DNA from: a bacterium
GTDB taxonomy: Bacteria; UBA8248
Assembly (NCBI GenBank): GCA_965213625.1
Contig: CBDBZU010000004.1
Location: 576,001 to 640,000 of the forward strand
Length of the DNA stretch: 64,000 nt
Reading direction: 5' to 3'
Part shown: piece after piece, positions 9,457-18,790 of the stretch
How the letters are laid out: every line of letters begins with the position of its first letter
Position numbering within the stretch: position 1 is the first letter of the stretch
Translations under genes and position numbers: made by a program
The notes under the pieces: generated by a model
What the model saw: only the letters and a program-made list of their open reading frames with translations
Databases searched by the model: none
Told to the model about the DNA's origin: nothing

Positions 9457-10832
9457 GCACCGACGAAACAAAGCGCATCCGCCGCCTGACGGACGCGGAC
9501 AGAAAGCACCTCTGGCATCCCTTCACTCCCATGGACGAATGGGAGAGTGAGGACCCGCCGCTCATCGTCGAGCGCGGCGAGGGGGCGTACCTCATCGACG
9601 TGGAGGGCAACCGCTACCTAGACGGCGTATCTTCCTTGTGGGTGAACATCCACGGGCACCGGAAAAAAGAGATAGACGAGGCCGTTCGCGCACAGCTCGG
9701 GCGGATCGCCCACACCACCCAGCTGGGCATGGCGAACCCCCAGGCGGTCGAACTCGCGGAGAAACTCACGCAAATTGCACCGGCAGGCCTCACCAGAGTC
9801 TTTTATTCGGATTCAGGGGCCACGGCGGTGGAAATCGCGCTCAAGATGGCCTTTCAGTACCAAAAGCAAAGAAAAACGCCAAAACCTGAAAAAGACAGGT
9901 TCCTGACGTTAAACCTCGCATACCACGGTGATACGGTTGGCGCGGTGTCTCTGGGCGGCATCGACCTGTTCCACCACATCTTCGGGCCCTTGCTCTTCAA
10001 AACGATGCGGGCCGAGGCGCCCTATTGCTTCTGGTGCCCAAGAGGGGCCGAACGCCCGCCGTGCCCGGTCTGTTCGGGCGATGAAATCGTACAGCAAATC
10101 GAGGAAAACGCGCCCCACCTCGCCGCCGTGGCCGTGGAACCCATGGTGCAGGGAGCAGCGGGGATAATCACCCAGCCGCCCGGCTTTCTCCGGAAAGTGC
10201 GTGAGGCGTGCACGGCGCACGACGTGCTCCTCATCGCCGATGAGGTGGCCACCGGCTTCGGGCGCACCGGCCCCATGTTCGCCTGCGAGCACGAGGGCGT
10301 TGCGCCCGACATACTGTGCCTCGCCAAGGGAATTACGGGCGGCTATCTGCCGCTGGCAGCGACGCTCGCGACCGAGGAGATCTTTGGCGCCTTTCGCGGC
10401 CCGCCCGAGATGGGCCGCACGTTTTTTCACGGGCACTCCTACACGGGAAACCCCCTGGGCTGCGCCGCGGCACTGGCGAACCTCGAGATTTTCGAGCGGG
10501 AAAACACCATCGAAACAAACCGTGCGAAGATAGCGCATCTGTGGAGCGAACTCGAAAAACTGAAAAACAACCCCCACGCGGGCGAGGTGCGCGGCCTGGG
10601 CTGGATGGTGGGCGTGGAACTCCTGAAGGACAAGGCTACGAAGGAGCCCTACACGCCTGCCGAGCGCAAAGGGCGGGCGGTCATCCTGGCGGCGAGAAAG
10701 CGCGGCCTCGCCGTGCGGCCCCTGGGCGACGTTGTCGTCCTGATGCCGCCTTATTGCGTGACGAACGAAGAGATAAGCCGGATGGTGGGCGTTCTGGATG
10801 AATCCATACGCGAGACGTGCGCGGCGGACTAG
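9453..10832 (+). CDS. bioA: adenosylmethionine-8-amino-7-oxononanoate transaminase
   Basis: LWHPFT, DGVSSLW, YHGDT, DEVATGFGRTG, AKGITGGYLP and HGHSYTGNP motifs. Confidence 0.95.
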   Translation: MSTDETKRIRRLTDADRKHLWHPFTPMDEWESEDPPLIVERGEGAYLIDVEGNRYLDGVSSLWVNIHGHRKKEIDEAVRAQLGRIAHTTQLGMANPQAVELAEKLTQIAPAGLTRVFYSDSGATAVEIALKMAFQYQKQRKTPKPEKDRFLTLNLAYHGDTVGAVSLGGIDLFHHIFGPLLFKTMRAEAPYCFWCPRGAERPPCPVCSGDEIVQQIEENAPHLAAVAVEPMVQGAAGIITQPPGFLRKVREACTAHDVLLIADEVATGFGRTGPMFACEHEGVAPDILCLAKGITGGYLPLAATLATEEIFGAFRGPPEMGRTFFHGHSYTGNPLGCAAALANLEIFERENTIETNRAKIAHLWSELEKLKNNPHAGEVRGLGWMVGVELLKDKATKEPYTPAERKGRAVILAARKRGLAVRPLGDVVVLMPPYCVTNEEISRMVGVLDESIRETCAAD

Positions 10833-10861
10833 CGGACGAAACCATACGCTCGACTCGCCAA

Positions 10862-11023
10862 CCCCCCCTACCCCCCCCCCCTTAACAGGGGGGTAAAGTC
10901 AAAACCCCTCGACAGGAATTCGCTTTCCATCATCTGGGCCATGACGCTAATCAGGGAAATAAAGGCGATGCGCCCCGGCGAGGGGGTGAAAGAAAAGCCC
11001 CCCTGTCAAGGGGGGTTGGGGGG
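10862..11023. repeat. intergenic palindromic repeat pair (CCCCCTACCCCCCTT.ACAGGGGGG ... CCCCCTG.CAAGGGGGG)
   Basis: Inverted arms; a close copy lies at 47345-47445. Confidence 0.75.
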
Positions 11024-11117
11024 TTCGGGGGGAATCCATTCGCGAGGCGCGCGCCTAACGCAAATTACAGGAAGCTGTTGAAAAACCTAGCATGCGACCC
11101 CTATGAAGATCGCTCCC

Positions 11118-11891
11118 TTACCGGGAGTTTCCCGGTGCGCCCACCGCGTCCACGTCGGGTTTTTTCTGCGGCACGCCCACCGGATTGACAGGAGCGCTTC
11201 CCACCGGCGGGAGGGACTCCTTCGGCACACCTACGGCGCTCGCAGGAGGCTCCGGGGTGGCCGTGGCGGCTGCGCCGCTTTGCGCTTCCGCTCCCCCTGA
11301 GGCGGGCGCGACTACCCTGTCCGATATCAACTCCTCGCGCACCCGGAGCGGACCGGTGATGGCGAACGAACCGGCGATGCTCTGCGCCTCCTGCCCCCCG
11401 ATGAGCAGCACGACGCGGTCGAAGAGATCCGGGAAATTCTTGACCACGGCGCCGGTAACGGCGTTGGCGGTCATCAACTCCGCCCACACGCCGCCCGGGT
11501 GCGCGTCGCGCAAGGTCTCGTCGAAATCGACGTAGGCGATCCCGTCCGGCCCCGGGAACGTGGCGCGCAGCTTCGCGCCTTTCGGGATAACCGGCGCGTA
11601 CCCCTCCCCCTGGGGTCCGGCGATGAGGGCGGTCAGCAGGTTGCGCAGGGTATCGATGTTGTCTTTCCCTATCTCCACTTCCACAGGGTACGCGACCAGC
11701 AGGTCTTCCTCCGCATCCGCGAAATAAAGCGTCTTCTTTACGCTCGGCGCGCGCGATGCGCCTCGACGCGCGGGGTCGAGCGCGGCGTCGCGGCCCCGCT
11801 CCAGGAAGTCCAGAACGGCTTCCTGATAATTCCATACGAGCGCTCCGCTCACCACGATGATCAAAACGCCCAGCGCGAGTTTCCTGACCAC
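11118..11891 (-). CDS. GerMN domain protein
   Basis: N-terminal TM segment, TLYFAD, ALIAGP..IP, AYVDF; GTG start just after the amidase stop. Confidence 0.8.
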   Translation of the reverse strand: MVRKLALGVLIIVVSGALVWNYQEAVLDFLERGRDAALDPARRGASRAPSVKKTLYFADAEEDLLVAYPVEVEIGKDNIDTLRNLLTALIAGPQGEGYAPVIPKGAKLRATFPGPDGIAYVDFDETLRDAHPGGVWAELMTANAVTGAVVKNFPDLFDRVVLLIGGQEAQSIAGSFAITGPLRVREELISDRVVAPASGGAEAQSGAAATATPEPPASAVGVPKESLPPVGSAPVNPVGVPQKKPDVDAVGAPGNSR

Positions 11892-11892
11892 C

Positions 11893-12798
11893 CTATCGAC
11901 CCTCCCCCGCAGGCGGAGCGGCGTTTTGCTCCTCAGGCGCACTCTCACCGGGCTGCGGCGATTCAGACGGCGCGGCCCGGGATTCAGCAGTTTCAGGCTG
12001 CTGCGGCATCTCGGGCGCCTCCGATGATTCGCTCGGCACGGGCTCGGCAGGCGCAGGCGGTTTGGGCGGCAGGTCTTCGGTGAGGCCCGCGAACTTGAGC
12101 ACCGCTTTGGCGAGCGCCGTCAAGTAGGGGTCATCCTCCGCTATTTCGATCAAGCGCGCCTCGTCCTCGGGCGTGCTGATGACGCCCAGGCTCACGTAGG
12201 CCGCCGGCATGCGCGCGCCCTCGAGATCGCGCACAGCCAGAATGCGGAGCGGTGGTTTTTCGTCCGGACGAATGGCGGCGAAGCGCCTCTGCAGGCTCAG
12301 CGCGAAGCGGCGGTTCGAGGCCAGATGGATGTTCTGGCTCCGCTGCCAGCGAAACGCCACGGCCTGGGCCGCTTCTCCCGCCACGCGCGGCGGTCGCCTG
12401 GGCGCCGCCACCATGATGGCCGGCCCACGCGCGCCGGGCCGCCAGGAGGCGTCCGCATGAATGGTGAGGAACAAGGAGGCGGCGTTGTAGTTCGCCACCG
12501 AGGCGCGCTGCACGGCGGTCATTTCCGTATCGGCCTCGCGCGTCAGGATCGTCTTCACCTCGGGGCGTCTGGATAAGAGCGCGGCCAACAGGCCCGCCGC
12601 CCGCAGGGTGAAATCCTTCTCCTTTAGCAGCGCGCCGCGGCTGCCCGCGTCCCGCCCCCCGTGCGCGGGGTCGATCACCACGACGAAAGGCGCCGAAGTT
12701 GCAGGCGCGCCCGGCTTCGCAGTCGCGGCATAGGCGTCGCCGCAAGTGATGAGGCTCACGAACCATAGCGTAAGAATGATGAGGCTGAATCGTCTCAA
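11893..12798 (-). CDS. N-acetylmuramoyl-L-alanine amidase family (Amidase_3) protein
   Basis: Signal peptide, IDPAHGG, EKD and IHAD motifs; TTG start after GGAGGAG. Confidence 0.85.
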   Translation of the reverse strand: MRRFSLIILTLWFVSLITCGDAYAATAKPGAPATSAPFVVVIDPAHGGRDAGSRGALLKEKDFTLRAAGLLAALLSRRPEVKTILTREADTEMTAVQRASVANYNAASLFLTIHADASWRPGARGPAIMVAAPRRPPRVAGEAAQAVAFRWQRSQNIHLASNRRFALSLQRRFAAIRPDEKPPLRILAVRDLEGARMPAAYVSLGVISTPEDEARLIEIAEDDPYLTALAKAVLKFAGLTEDLPPKPPAPAEPVPSESSEAPEMPQQPETAESRAAPSESPQPGESAPEEQNAAPPAGEGR

Positions 12799-12937
12799 GG
12801 GTCTCCTCCCGTAACGGCACCAAACTACCACTTCAGGGAATAGGAAACCAACCGGGAGGGGGGAGCGTTGCGATGGTATGCGAATGAGGCGTCGGTCAGT
12901 AGTTTTTTGTCCACACAAGAAACGCGAAGCCGGTTTT

Positions 12938-12965
12938 GTAGGGACAGGTCGCGACCTGTCCCTGC
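12938..12965. repeat. GTAG-family REP palindrome GTAGGGACAGGTCGCGACCTGTCCCT(A/G)C
   Basis: Near-identical copies at 47310-47337, 50470-50497 and 54192-54219; variants at about 1620-1660, 14828-15018, 16506-16588, 16730 and 37674. Confidence 0.85.
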
Positions 12966-13108
12966 CGGATATTTAGACGACCGACAAGAGTGAGGACAAC
13001 ACTCCCCTTGAGGGGTCGGGCATACCGAGGGGAATGCCTGATGAAAAAGTCCGAGAAAACTGAACCACTCCTGCCTTGCAGAGCGCCAACCAATCACTCC
13101 CCCCTCAA

Positions 13109-14628
13109 GGGCCTGTTGAAAAACCCCCGGTATTATGATTGGGTGTAAGGACACTATCTCGCCCGAGATGGGAGTTCCCTCGATGATAGGCAGGAAGAGG
13201 CGCGAGCAGATGGATTTGTTCGTGGCCGGTTCGCTGGATCGGCTGATCCCCGAGGATCACGTTCTGTACCGCGTGCATGAGGTGCTGGATTTGAGTTGGC
13301 TTCGGGAGGAGGTGGCGGATTGCTATTGCGCGGACAACGGTCGTCCGGGTATCGACCCGGAGGTGGCGGTTCGCCTGATGCTGGCGGGTCTTCTGCTGGG
13401 CTACGTTCACGACCGTCGCCTGCTTCGTGAAGCGAAGGCGCATCTGGCGATCCGGTGGTTCATCGGATACGGGCTGCACGAGGAGTTGCCGGACCATTCG
13501 AGCCTGACGCGGATTCGTCAGCGTTGGGGGGAGGCTCGGTTCCGGGCGATATTCCGCCGGACGGTGCAGGCGTGCCTGGAGGCGAATGTGGCGAAGGGGG
13601 AGGTGGTTCACGTGGACGCCTCGTTGATACGCGCGGACGTGAGCTGGGATAGTCTGGCGGCGCATCATGCGGAGAAGGTGATTCGGGAGAACCCCGTGGA
13701 GGAGAAGAGCGGGAAGAAGGGCGGAGGCCGCGGCGGCGGGGGACCGGTGAGCCGGACAGACCCCGACGCGCGGCTCGCGCGCAAGAGCGCGCGGGCGAGG
13801 TTCGAGCCGAGCTACAAGCACCACGCGGCGGTGGACGATGAGCGGGGCGTGGTTCTCGACGTGACGGTGACGGAGGGGACGTTGAACGAGCGTGAGATGA
13901 TGGCGTCCCATATAGAGGCGGTAAGCGAGTTGTCGGGCCGCGCGCCCTCGGTGGTGACGGCGGATTCGGGGTATGCGTACTCGAAGGTCTACGCGGCGTT
14001 GGAGCCTCTGGGCGTGGCGGGGGTGATACCGGCGAAGAAAGAACCCACGCAGAGCCGTGTTCCGTTGCGGCTGTTCCGCTACGACGCGCGCCACGACTTG
14101 GTGAAGTGTCCGCGCGGCAAGAAGCTTCGCCCCCGGCGGAGCGAGGAGCGGGGGCGCTACTATGGTTCGAGGACGCGTGATTGCGCGGGCTGCGCGCTCC
14201 GGGCGGATTGTCTGCCGCAGGCGCGGTCGAGCAAGGAGGTTTTGATTCCCAACGCGTATCTGGCGCTGTTGCGCGCGCGCCGGCGGCATGCGCGTTGGGG
14301 GGAGGAGGAGCGCCGGCTGTGGCGCCGGCACATGGGGCGCTCGGAGGGTTATCACGGGGAAGCGAAGAGTTGGCACGGACTGGGGCGGGCGGTGCGTCGG
14401 GGCCTTGCGAACATGAAGATTCAGTCCTACCTGACGGCGACTGCGGTGAACCTCAAGCGGCTGGCCGCCGCTTTTGCGGCGCGTATATTCGCCCTCTGGA
14501 GGGCCTACGCCGCCCGGAGACGCCGTCTGCGCGTTCATCGCGCCCTCGCGCGCTGATTGGGATCCCTCCCCGCCGCCGCGTGAACCGCCAGAACACCCGC
14601 TTCAAAAAAGGGGTTTTTCAACAGACCC
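13109..14628 (+). mobile_element. IS1182-family insertion sequence, copy 1 (1520 bp)
   Basis: Terminal IRs GGGCCTGTTGAAAAACCCC / GGGGTTTTTCAACAGACCC enclose a transposase. Confidence 0.92.
13183..14556 (+). CDS. IS1182-family DDE transposase
   Basis: GRPGIDP, LPDHSSLTRIR, VDAS, TDPDAR, ADSGY and CxxCxxRxxC motifs. Confidence 0.93.
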   Translation: MIGRKRREQMDLFVAGSLDRLIPEDHVLYRVHEVLDLSWLREEVADCYCADNGRPGIDPEVAVRLMLAGLLLGYVHDRRLLREAKAHLAIRWFIGYGLHEELPDHSSLTRIRQRWGEARFRAIFRRTVQACLEANVAKGEVVHVDASLIRADVSWDSLAAHHAEKVIRENPVEEKSGKKGGGRGGGGPVSRTDPDARLARKSARARFEPSYKHHAAVDDERGVVLDVTVTEGTLNEREMMASHIEAVSELSGRAPSVVTADSGYAYSKVYAALEPLGVAGVIPAKKEPTQSRVPLRLFRYDARHDLVKCPRGKKLRPRRSEERGRYYGSRTRDCAGCALRADCLPQARSSKEVLIPNAYLALLRARRRHARWGEEERRLWRRHMGRSEGYHGEAKSWHGLGRAVRRGLANMKIQSYLTATAVNLKRLAAAFAARIFALWRAYAARRRRLRVHRALAR

Positions 14629-14779
14629 TTGAGGGTCGGTCTATCCTCCTCGGGTAGACCGACGACGAGGTAAGGGCGTAGCCCGCAAGCGAGTCGGTGG
14701 GGGGTATAACTCGGAATGTCGATAAATCGCATTTTACCCCCCACGCATCAGCCTTCGCACAAACCGCTCGGCTTCTGCT

Positions 14780-14802
14780 ACTCCCCCTCAAGGGGGGAGT
14801 GA
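14780..14802. repeat. palindromic repeat ACTCCCCCTCAAGGGGGGAGT
   Basis: Related copies at 395-413, 13001-13016, 13094-13108, 42661-42686 and 42791/44324. Confidence 0.8.
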
Positions 14803-15159
14803 TTCCCGACCCTCGAGAATGTTCATCGTAGGGACAGGCCTCCGTGCCTGTCCTGATGAAAGGGGCTGTCTGACGGGTTCCTAAAAACGGGCGGGCACAG
14901 GGGCCCGCCCCTACGGGTTTGTTTCGATACGCGAGAGGACCATAGGGACAGACCTGTGTGTCCACCCCATCGCCCGATTGCCAAGAAAAAACGGGAGAAC
15001 ACGCAGGTTCTCCCCTACGAAGACACAATTATTGCGTAGCCATGACAACCCCCTGTGGTCGCCCTGCGCCACTCCCCTCGCTCGAAAAATCATCGTCGCT
15101 GTAATAGACTACGAGCATCGCCCGGAACCGCCCGCACCCAAAACCCGTGAGAGGAACCC

Positions 15160-16458
15160 ATGACAGCGACACTTGAACGCTTCTTCGGACTGGCGCAGCG
15201 CGGCACCACCGTGCGGACGGAAGTTATGGCAGGCGTGACGACGTTCCTGACGATGGCCTACATCGCCTTCGTGAACCCGCAGATCCTCTCCAGCGCGGGC
15301 ATGCCGTTCGACGCGGTGTTCGTCGCCACCTGCCTCTCGGCTGCGTTCGCCACGCTGATAATGGGTCTTTACGCCAACTACCCGATCGCCCTGGCGCCGG
15401 GCATGGGGCTCAACGCGTTCTTCGCCTTCAGCGTCGTGCTCGGTCTCGGCCACAAGTGGGAGGTCGCGCTTGGCGCGGTCTTCATTTCCGGCTTGTTGTT
15501 CCTGGCGATCAGCATACTGCCGGTGCGGCGCTGGATCGTCGAGGCGATACCGCAGGGACTGAAGCTCGCCATTGCGGCCGGGATCGGACTGTTCCTGGGC
15601 ATCATCGCGCTCAAGAACGCCGGCATCATCCAGGGCAGCAAGGCGACGCTTGTCACCGTAGGCCATCTGACGACGCCCGGGCCGCTGCTGTGCCTGCTCG
15701 GCTTCTGCCTCATCGTGGCGCTCGCCGCGCGCAAGGTGCCGGGCGCAGCACTCATCGGGATGCTGGCCGTCGCTGCCGCCGGCCTGATTTTCGGCGTTTC
15801 CGAATGGAAGGGCATCGCCTCGCTGCCACCCGACCCGACGCCGACGCTCCTCGCCCTGGACATCGCCGGCGCGCTTCAGGTGAGCATGCTCGCCGTGATT
15901 CTCACGTTCCTGCTCGTCGACCTGTTCGACACGACGGGCACGCTCATCGGCGTGGCGCACCAGGCGAACCTCCTCGATGAGGAAGGACGGCTCCCGCGCA
16001 TGCAGCGCGCACTGATCGCCGATTCGGCGGGAACGGTGGGAGGCGCCCTGCTCGGCACCTCGCCCGTCACGAGCTACATCGAGAGCGCCGCCGGGGCCGG
16101 CGCGGGCGGTCGCACGGGCCTGAGCGCAGTCGTCGTGGCCGTCCTGTTCCTCGCCTGCCTGTTCTTCGCTCCGCTCGCAGGCTCGATACCGCCCTACGCG
16201 ACGGCGGCGGCCATCCTATACGTGGCGTGCCTGATGGCGCGCCCGCTCATGGACCTGGACTGGGGCGACGTGACCGAATCGGCAGCCGCGATCATGACCG
16301 TCATCGCCATACCGCTGACGTTCTCCATCGCCGACGGCATCGGCCTGGGCGTCATCACCTACGTGCTGATCAAACTGATGGCGGGACGCGGAAGCGAATG
16401 CTCGCCGACGCTGTACGGGGTAGCGCTTCTGTTCGCCGTGAAGTTCGCGTGGCTGTGA
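15160..16458 (+). CDS. NCS2/AzgA family purine permease
   Basis: TTFLTMAYI, APGMGLNAFF, DLFDTTGT and YIESAAG..GGRTGL motifs. Confidence 0.95.
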   Translation: MTATLERFFGLAQRGTTVRTEVMAGVTTFLTMAYIAFVNPQILSSAGMPFDAVFVATCLSAAFATLIMGLYANYPIALAPGMGLNAFFAFSVVLGLGHKWEVALGAVFISGLLFLAISILPVRRWIVEAIPQGLKLAIAAGIGLFLGIIALKNAGIIQGSKATLVTVGHLTTPGPLLCLLGFCLIVALAARKVPGAALIGMLAVAAAGLIFGVSEWKGIASLPPDPTPTLLALDIAGALQVSMLAVILTFLLVDLFDTTGTLIGVAHQANLLDEEGRLPRMQRALIADSAGTVGGALLGTSPVTSYIESAAGAGAGGRTGLSAVVVAVLFLACLFFAPLAGSIPPYATAAAILYVACLMARPLMDLDWGDVTESAAAIMTVIAIPLTFSIADGIGLGVITYVLIKLMAGRGSECSPTLYGVALLFAVKFAWL

Positions 16459-16852
16459 GGTAAGAGGACGCGCGAGATGGAATAACGGCAATAGCTACAT
16501 CTTCCGTAGGGACAGGCCCCCGTGCCTGTCCTGACAAAGGGTAAGGTAGTCTGCTCCAATACGGGCGGGCACAGGGGCCCTCCCCTACGAATTCGGATCT
16601 AAACGCGAAATGCCCGGAGTCGATAAGGCGCAAAATCCTGTCCGGGGACCGGCGTGTCCGCCCTGTCCCAAAGTTGTCCGCATTTCGTCTACGTCGGCAT
16701 GAGGGCGGCGCAATAAAGTCCGATGGATTGTAGGGGTCGCATAAATGCGACCCGCAAGCCACGAACCGGTCGGGCCGATGGGGTGGACGCCCCCTTCCGG
16801 CAGTTTAGAATGTGGCGAGGCAACGTCACACACCGCCCGGAAGGAGGCATCC

Positions 16853-17533
16853 ATGGAAGGAGTCTACATCATCGGCATCGACTTGGCGAAAAACAGTTTT
16901 CAACTCCACGGGGCGCGCGCGGACGGTTCGGTAGCGTTCCGCAAGAAGCTCGGTCGGGCGGGTCTGCTGAACTTCCTGGCCAAACAGCCGCGCTGCGTGG
17001 TGGCGATGGAGGCGTGCGCGGGGGCGCACCGCTGGGGCCGTGAGATTGCGAAGCTCGGCCACGAGGTTCGGCTCGCGCCGCCGGCCTACGTGAAGCCGTA
17101 CGTGAAGCGCCACAAGAACGACGCGGCGGACGCGGAGGCGCGGCGTCTGATGCGTATCCCGGGGGTGGGTCCGGTTACGGCGTCTGCGATCCGTGCCTTC
17201 GCGCCGCCGATGGAGAACTTCCGGCGGGGCCGGGACTTCTCGGCCTGGCTGGGACTGGTGCCCCGGCAACACTCGACGGGGGGCAAGCCCCGCCTGGGCC
17301 GGGTATCGAAGATGGGCCAGCGCGACGTGAGGCGGCTGTTGGTCACGGGCGCGATGTCGGTGATTCGCCAGGCGCTCCGGCGCGGCGCGCCGCCGGGTTC
17401 GTGGCTGGCCCGGATGCTGGCGCGCAAGCCGAGGATGCTCGTCGCGGTGGCGCTGGCCAACAAAATGGCGCGCATCGCGTGGGCGCTGATGCGGAACAAG
17501 GACGACTACAGGGAACCGGCGCCCCTCGCCTGA
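16853..17533 (+). pseudogene. IS110 transposase/recombinase with in-frame internal deletion
   Basis: GIDLAK, MEAC and KNDAADAEA join directly to RRLMRIPGVG...STGGK; 226 aa, with the coiled-coil linker missing. Confidence 0.85.
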
Positions 17534-17559
17534 GCGGCGGGCGCGCGGATAGAGCCGGG

Positions 17560-17760
17560 AGGAATGTGGGCAGGCCACAGGAGGAGTAAGGGCAAACGGT
17601 CATCGAGACGGGGTCGGGGCAACCAGTTACATGCGACGAGCGAACCATCGAGCTCGCCGGGCCGATTCGGACCCGACCCGCGCATCTCCATACGGGCCCG
17701 CGGCCGTTACGAAGCGCCGCAACGAAGAGGCCGAATGTACGACTGAGTCGAACCGCTTTG
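17560..17760 (+). ncRNA. putative bridge/seek RNA of the IS1111 element (boundaries approximate)
   Basis: Contains TACATGCG (17628-35) and CGGGCCG (17658-64), matching the target flanks, and ATGTACG (17735-41), matching the right donor end. Confidence 0.75.
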
Positions 17761-17936
17761 CGCCGAACCCTCCCAAAAAACCGCTTGCATTCCAGGGGGG
17801 CGTCCATGTACGCATGTATGCGGCCCCTACAACAGCGTATTCACTCCCATTCATCAATCGCGTTTGACCCTTGCGCCCCCGCCGATTTTCCCCGATCATG
17901 GGTGGTAGTTTGTGAATCCCGAGGAGGAGTGAGAGC

Positions 17937-18209
17937 GTGTGGGGCGACAAGACGCCTGAGGGCGTGAAGGGCTCATCCGATCTCAAGCGCATCGCCACGG
18001 TGGGCGGGCAGATGGAGGCCCTTATCCTCAAAAGCAGGCTCGAGGCCGAGCGAATTCCCGTGCACCTGAGCTACGACTCGACGAGTTCGGTATACGCCTT
18101 CAGCCGCACGAACCTGGGCGCGGTGCACCTGATGGTGCCGGAAGCCTTCGCGGAAGCGGCGCTCCTCATCTACCAAGAGATCAGAAACACCGGACAATCG
18201 CCCGAATAA
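17937..18209 (+). CDS. DUF2007-like small protein
   Basis: EALILKSRLEAERIP...VHLMVPE pattern. Confidence 0.7.
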   Translation: MWGDKTPEGVKGSSDLKRIATVGGQMEALILKSRLEAERIPVHLSYDSTSSVYAFSRTNLGAVHLMVPEAFAEAALLIYQEIRNTGQSPE

Positions 18210-18235
18210 TCCAACCGATACACAGAGACGACGCC

Positions 18236-18790
18236 ATGACGAAAACACAAACGGACCTGGAAGCCCTGCGGGGACTTCTGCTGGAAAAATCGTATGAGAA
18301 AAAACAGGTTACGCTCGCCTCTGGCCGGGTGAGCGATTTCTACGTCGACTGCCGCCAGGTGACGCTGCACGGCGAAGGAGCGCGGCTCGTGGGCCGGGTG
18401 ATCTTCGAGCGCATTAATGGCGTCGACGCCGTGGGCGGTCCCACCCTGGGCGCGGACCCGATGGTGACGGCCGTCTCGTTGACGGCGGCGCTCGAAGGCC
18501 ACGACGTGCCCGCCTTCATCATCCGCAAGGCCGAGAAGGGCCACGGGATGCAGAACCGCATCGAGGGGTCGGGGAACCTGAAGCCCGGCATGAGGGTCGC
18601 CATCATCGAGGACGTGGTGACCACGGCGGCCTCCACCTTCACGGCCATCGACGCGGCTTTGGCCTTCGGCCTCGAGATCGCGCACGTCATCTGCCTCGTG
18701 GACAGGGAGGAAGGCGGACGCGAAAATCTGGCCAAGCGCGGCTACGAGCTCGACGCGGTGTTCACGAAGACGAGTCTGGTGGGAGAGTGA
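18236..18790 (+). CDS. pyrE: orotate phosphoribosyltransferase
   Basis: LASGRVSDFYVD, RKAEKGHG, IIEDVVTT and VDREEGG motifs. Confidence 0.95.
   Translation: MTKTQTDLEALRGLLLEKSYEKKQVTLASGRVSDFYVDCRQVTLHGEGARLVGRVIFERINGVDAVGGPTLGADPMVTAVSLTAALEGHDVPAFIIRKAEKGHGMQNRIEGSGNLKPGMRVAIIEDVVTTAASTFTAIDAALAFGLEIAHVICLVDREEGGRENLAKRGYELDAVFTKTSLVGE

Larger units (their letters stand above)
16778..17810 (+). mobile_element. IS110-family (IS1111 subgroup) element inserted in a REP
   Basis: Sub-terminal IRs GTGGACGCCCCC (16783) / GGGGGCGTCCAT (17796-17807), flanking CG core on both sides, and a long 3' non-coding region. Confidence 0.88.

Noticed and set aside
10862-10881. Poly-C phase-variation tract
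   Set aside because: It is intergenic between convergent genes and part of a repeat family also found at 47345.
13105-14538. Long antisense ORFs over the IS transposases (also 42800-44374) and other long shadow ORFs such as 1979-2977, 52480-53766 and 59705-61225
   Set aside because: They lie opposite well-supported genes, lack motifs, and are expected in GC-rich coding DNA.
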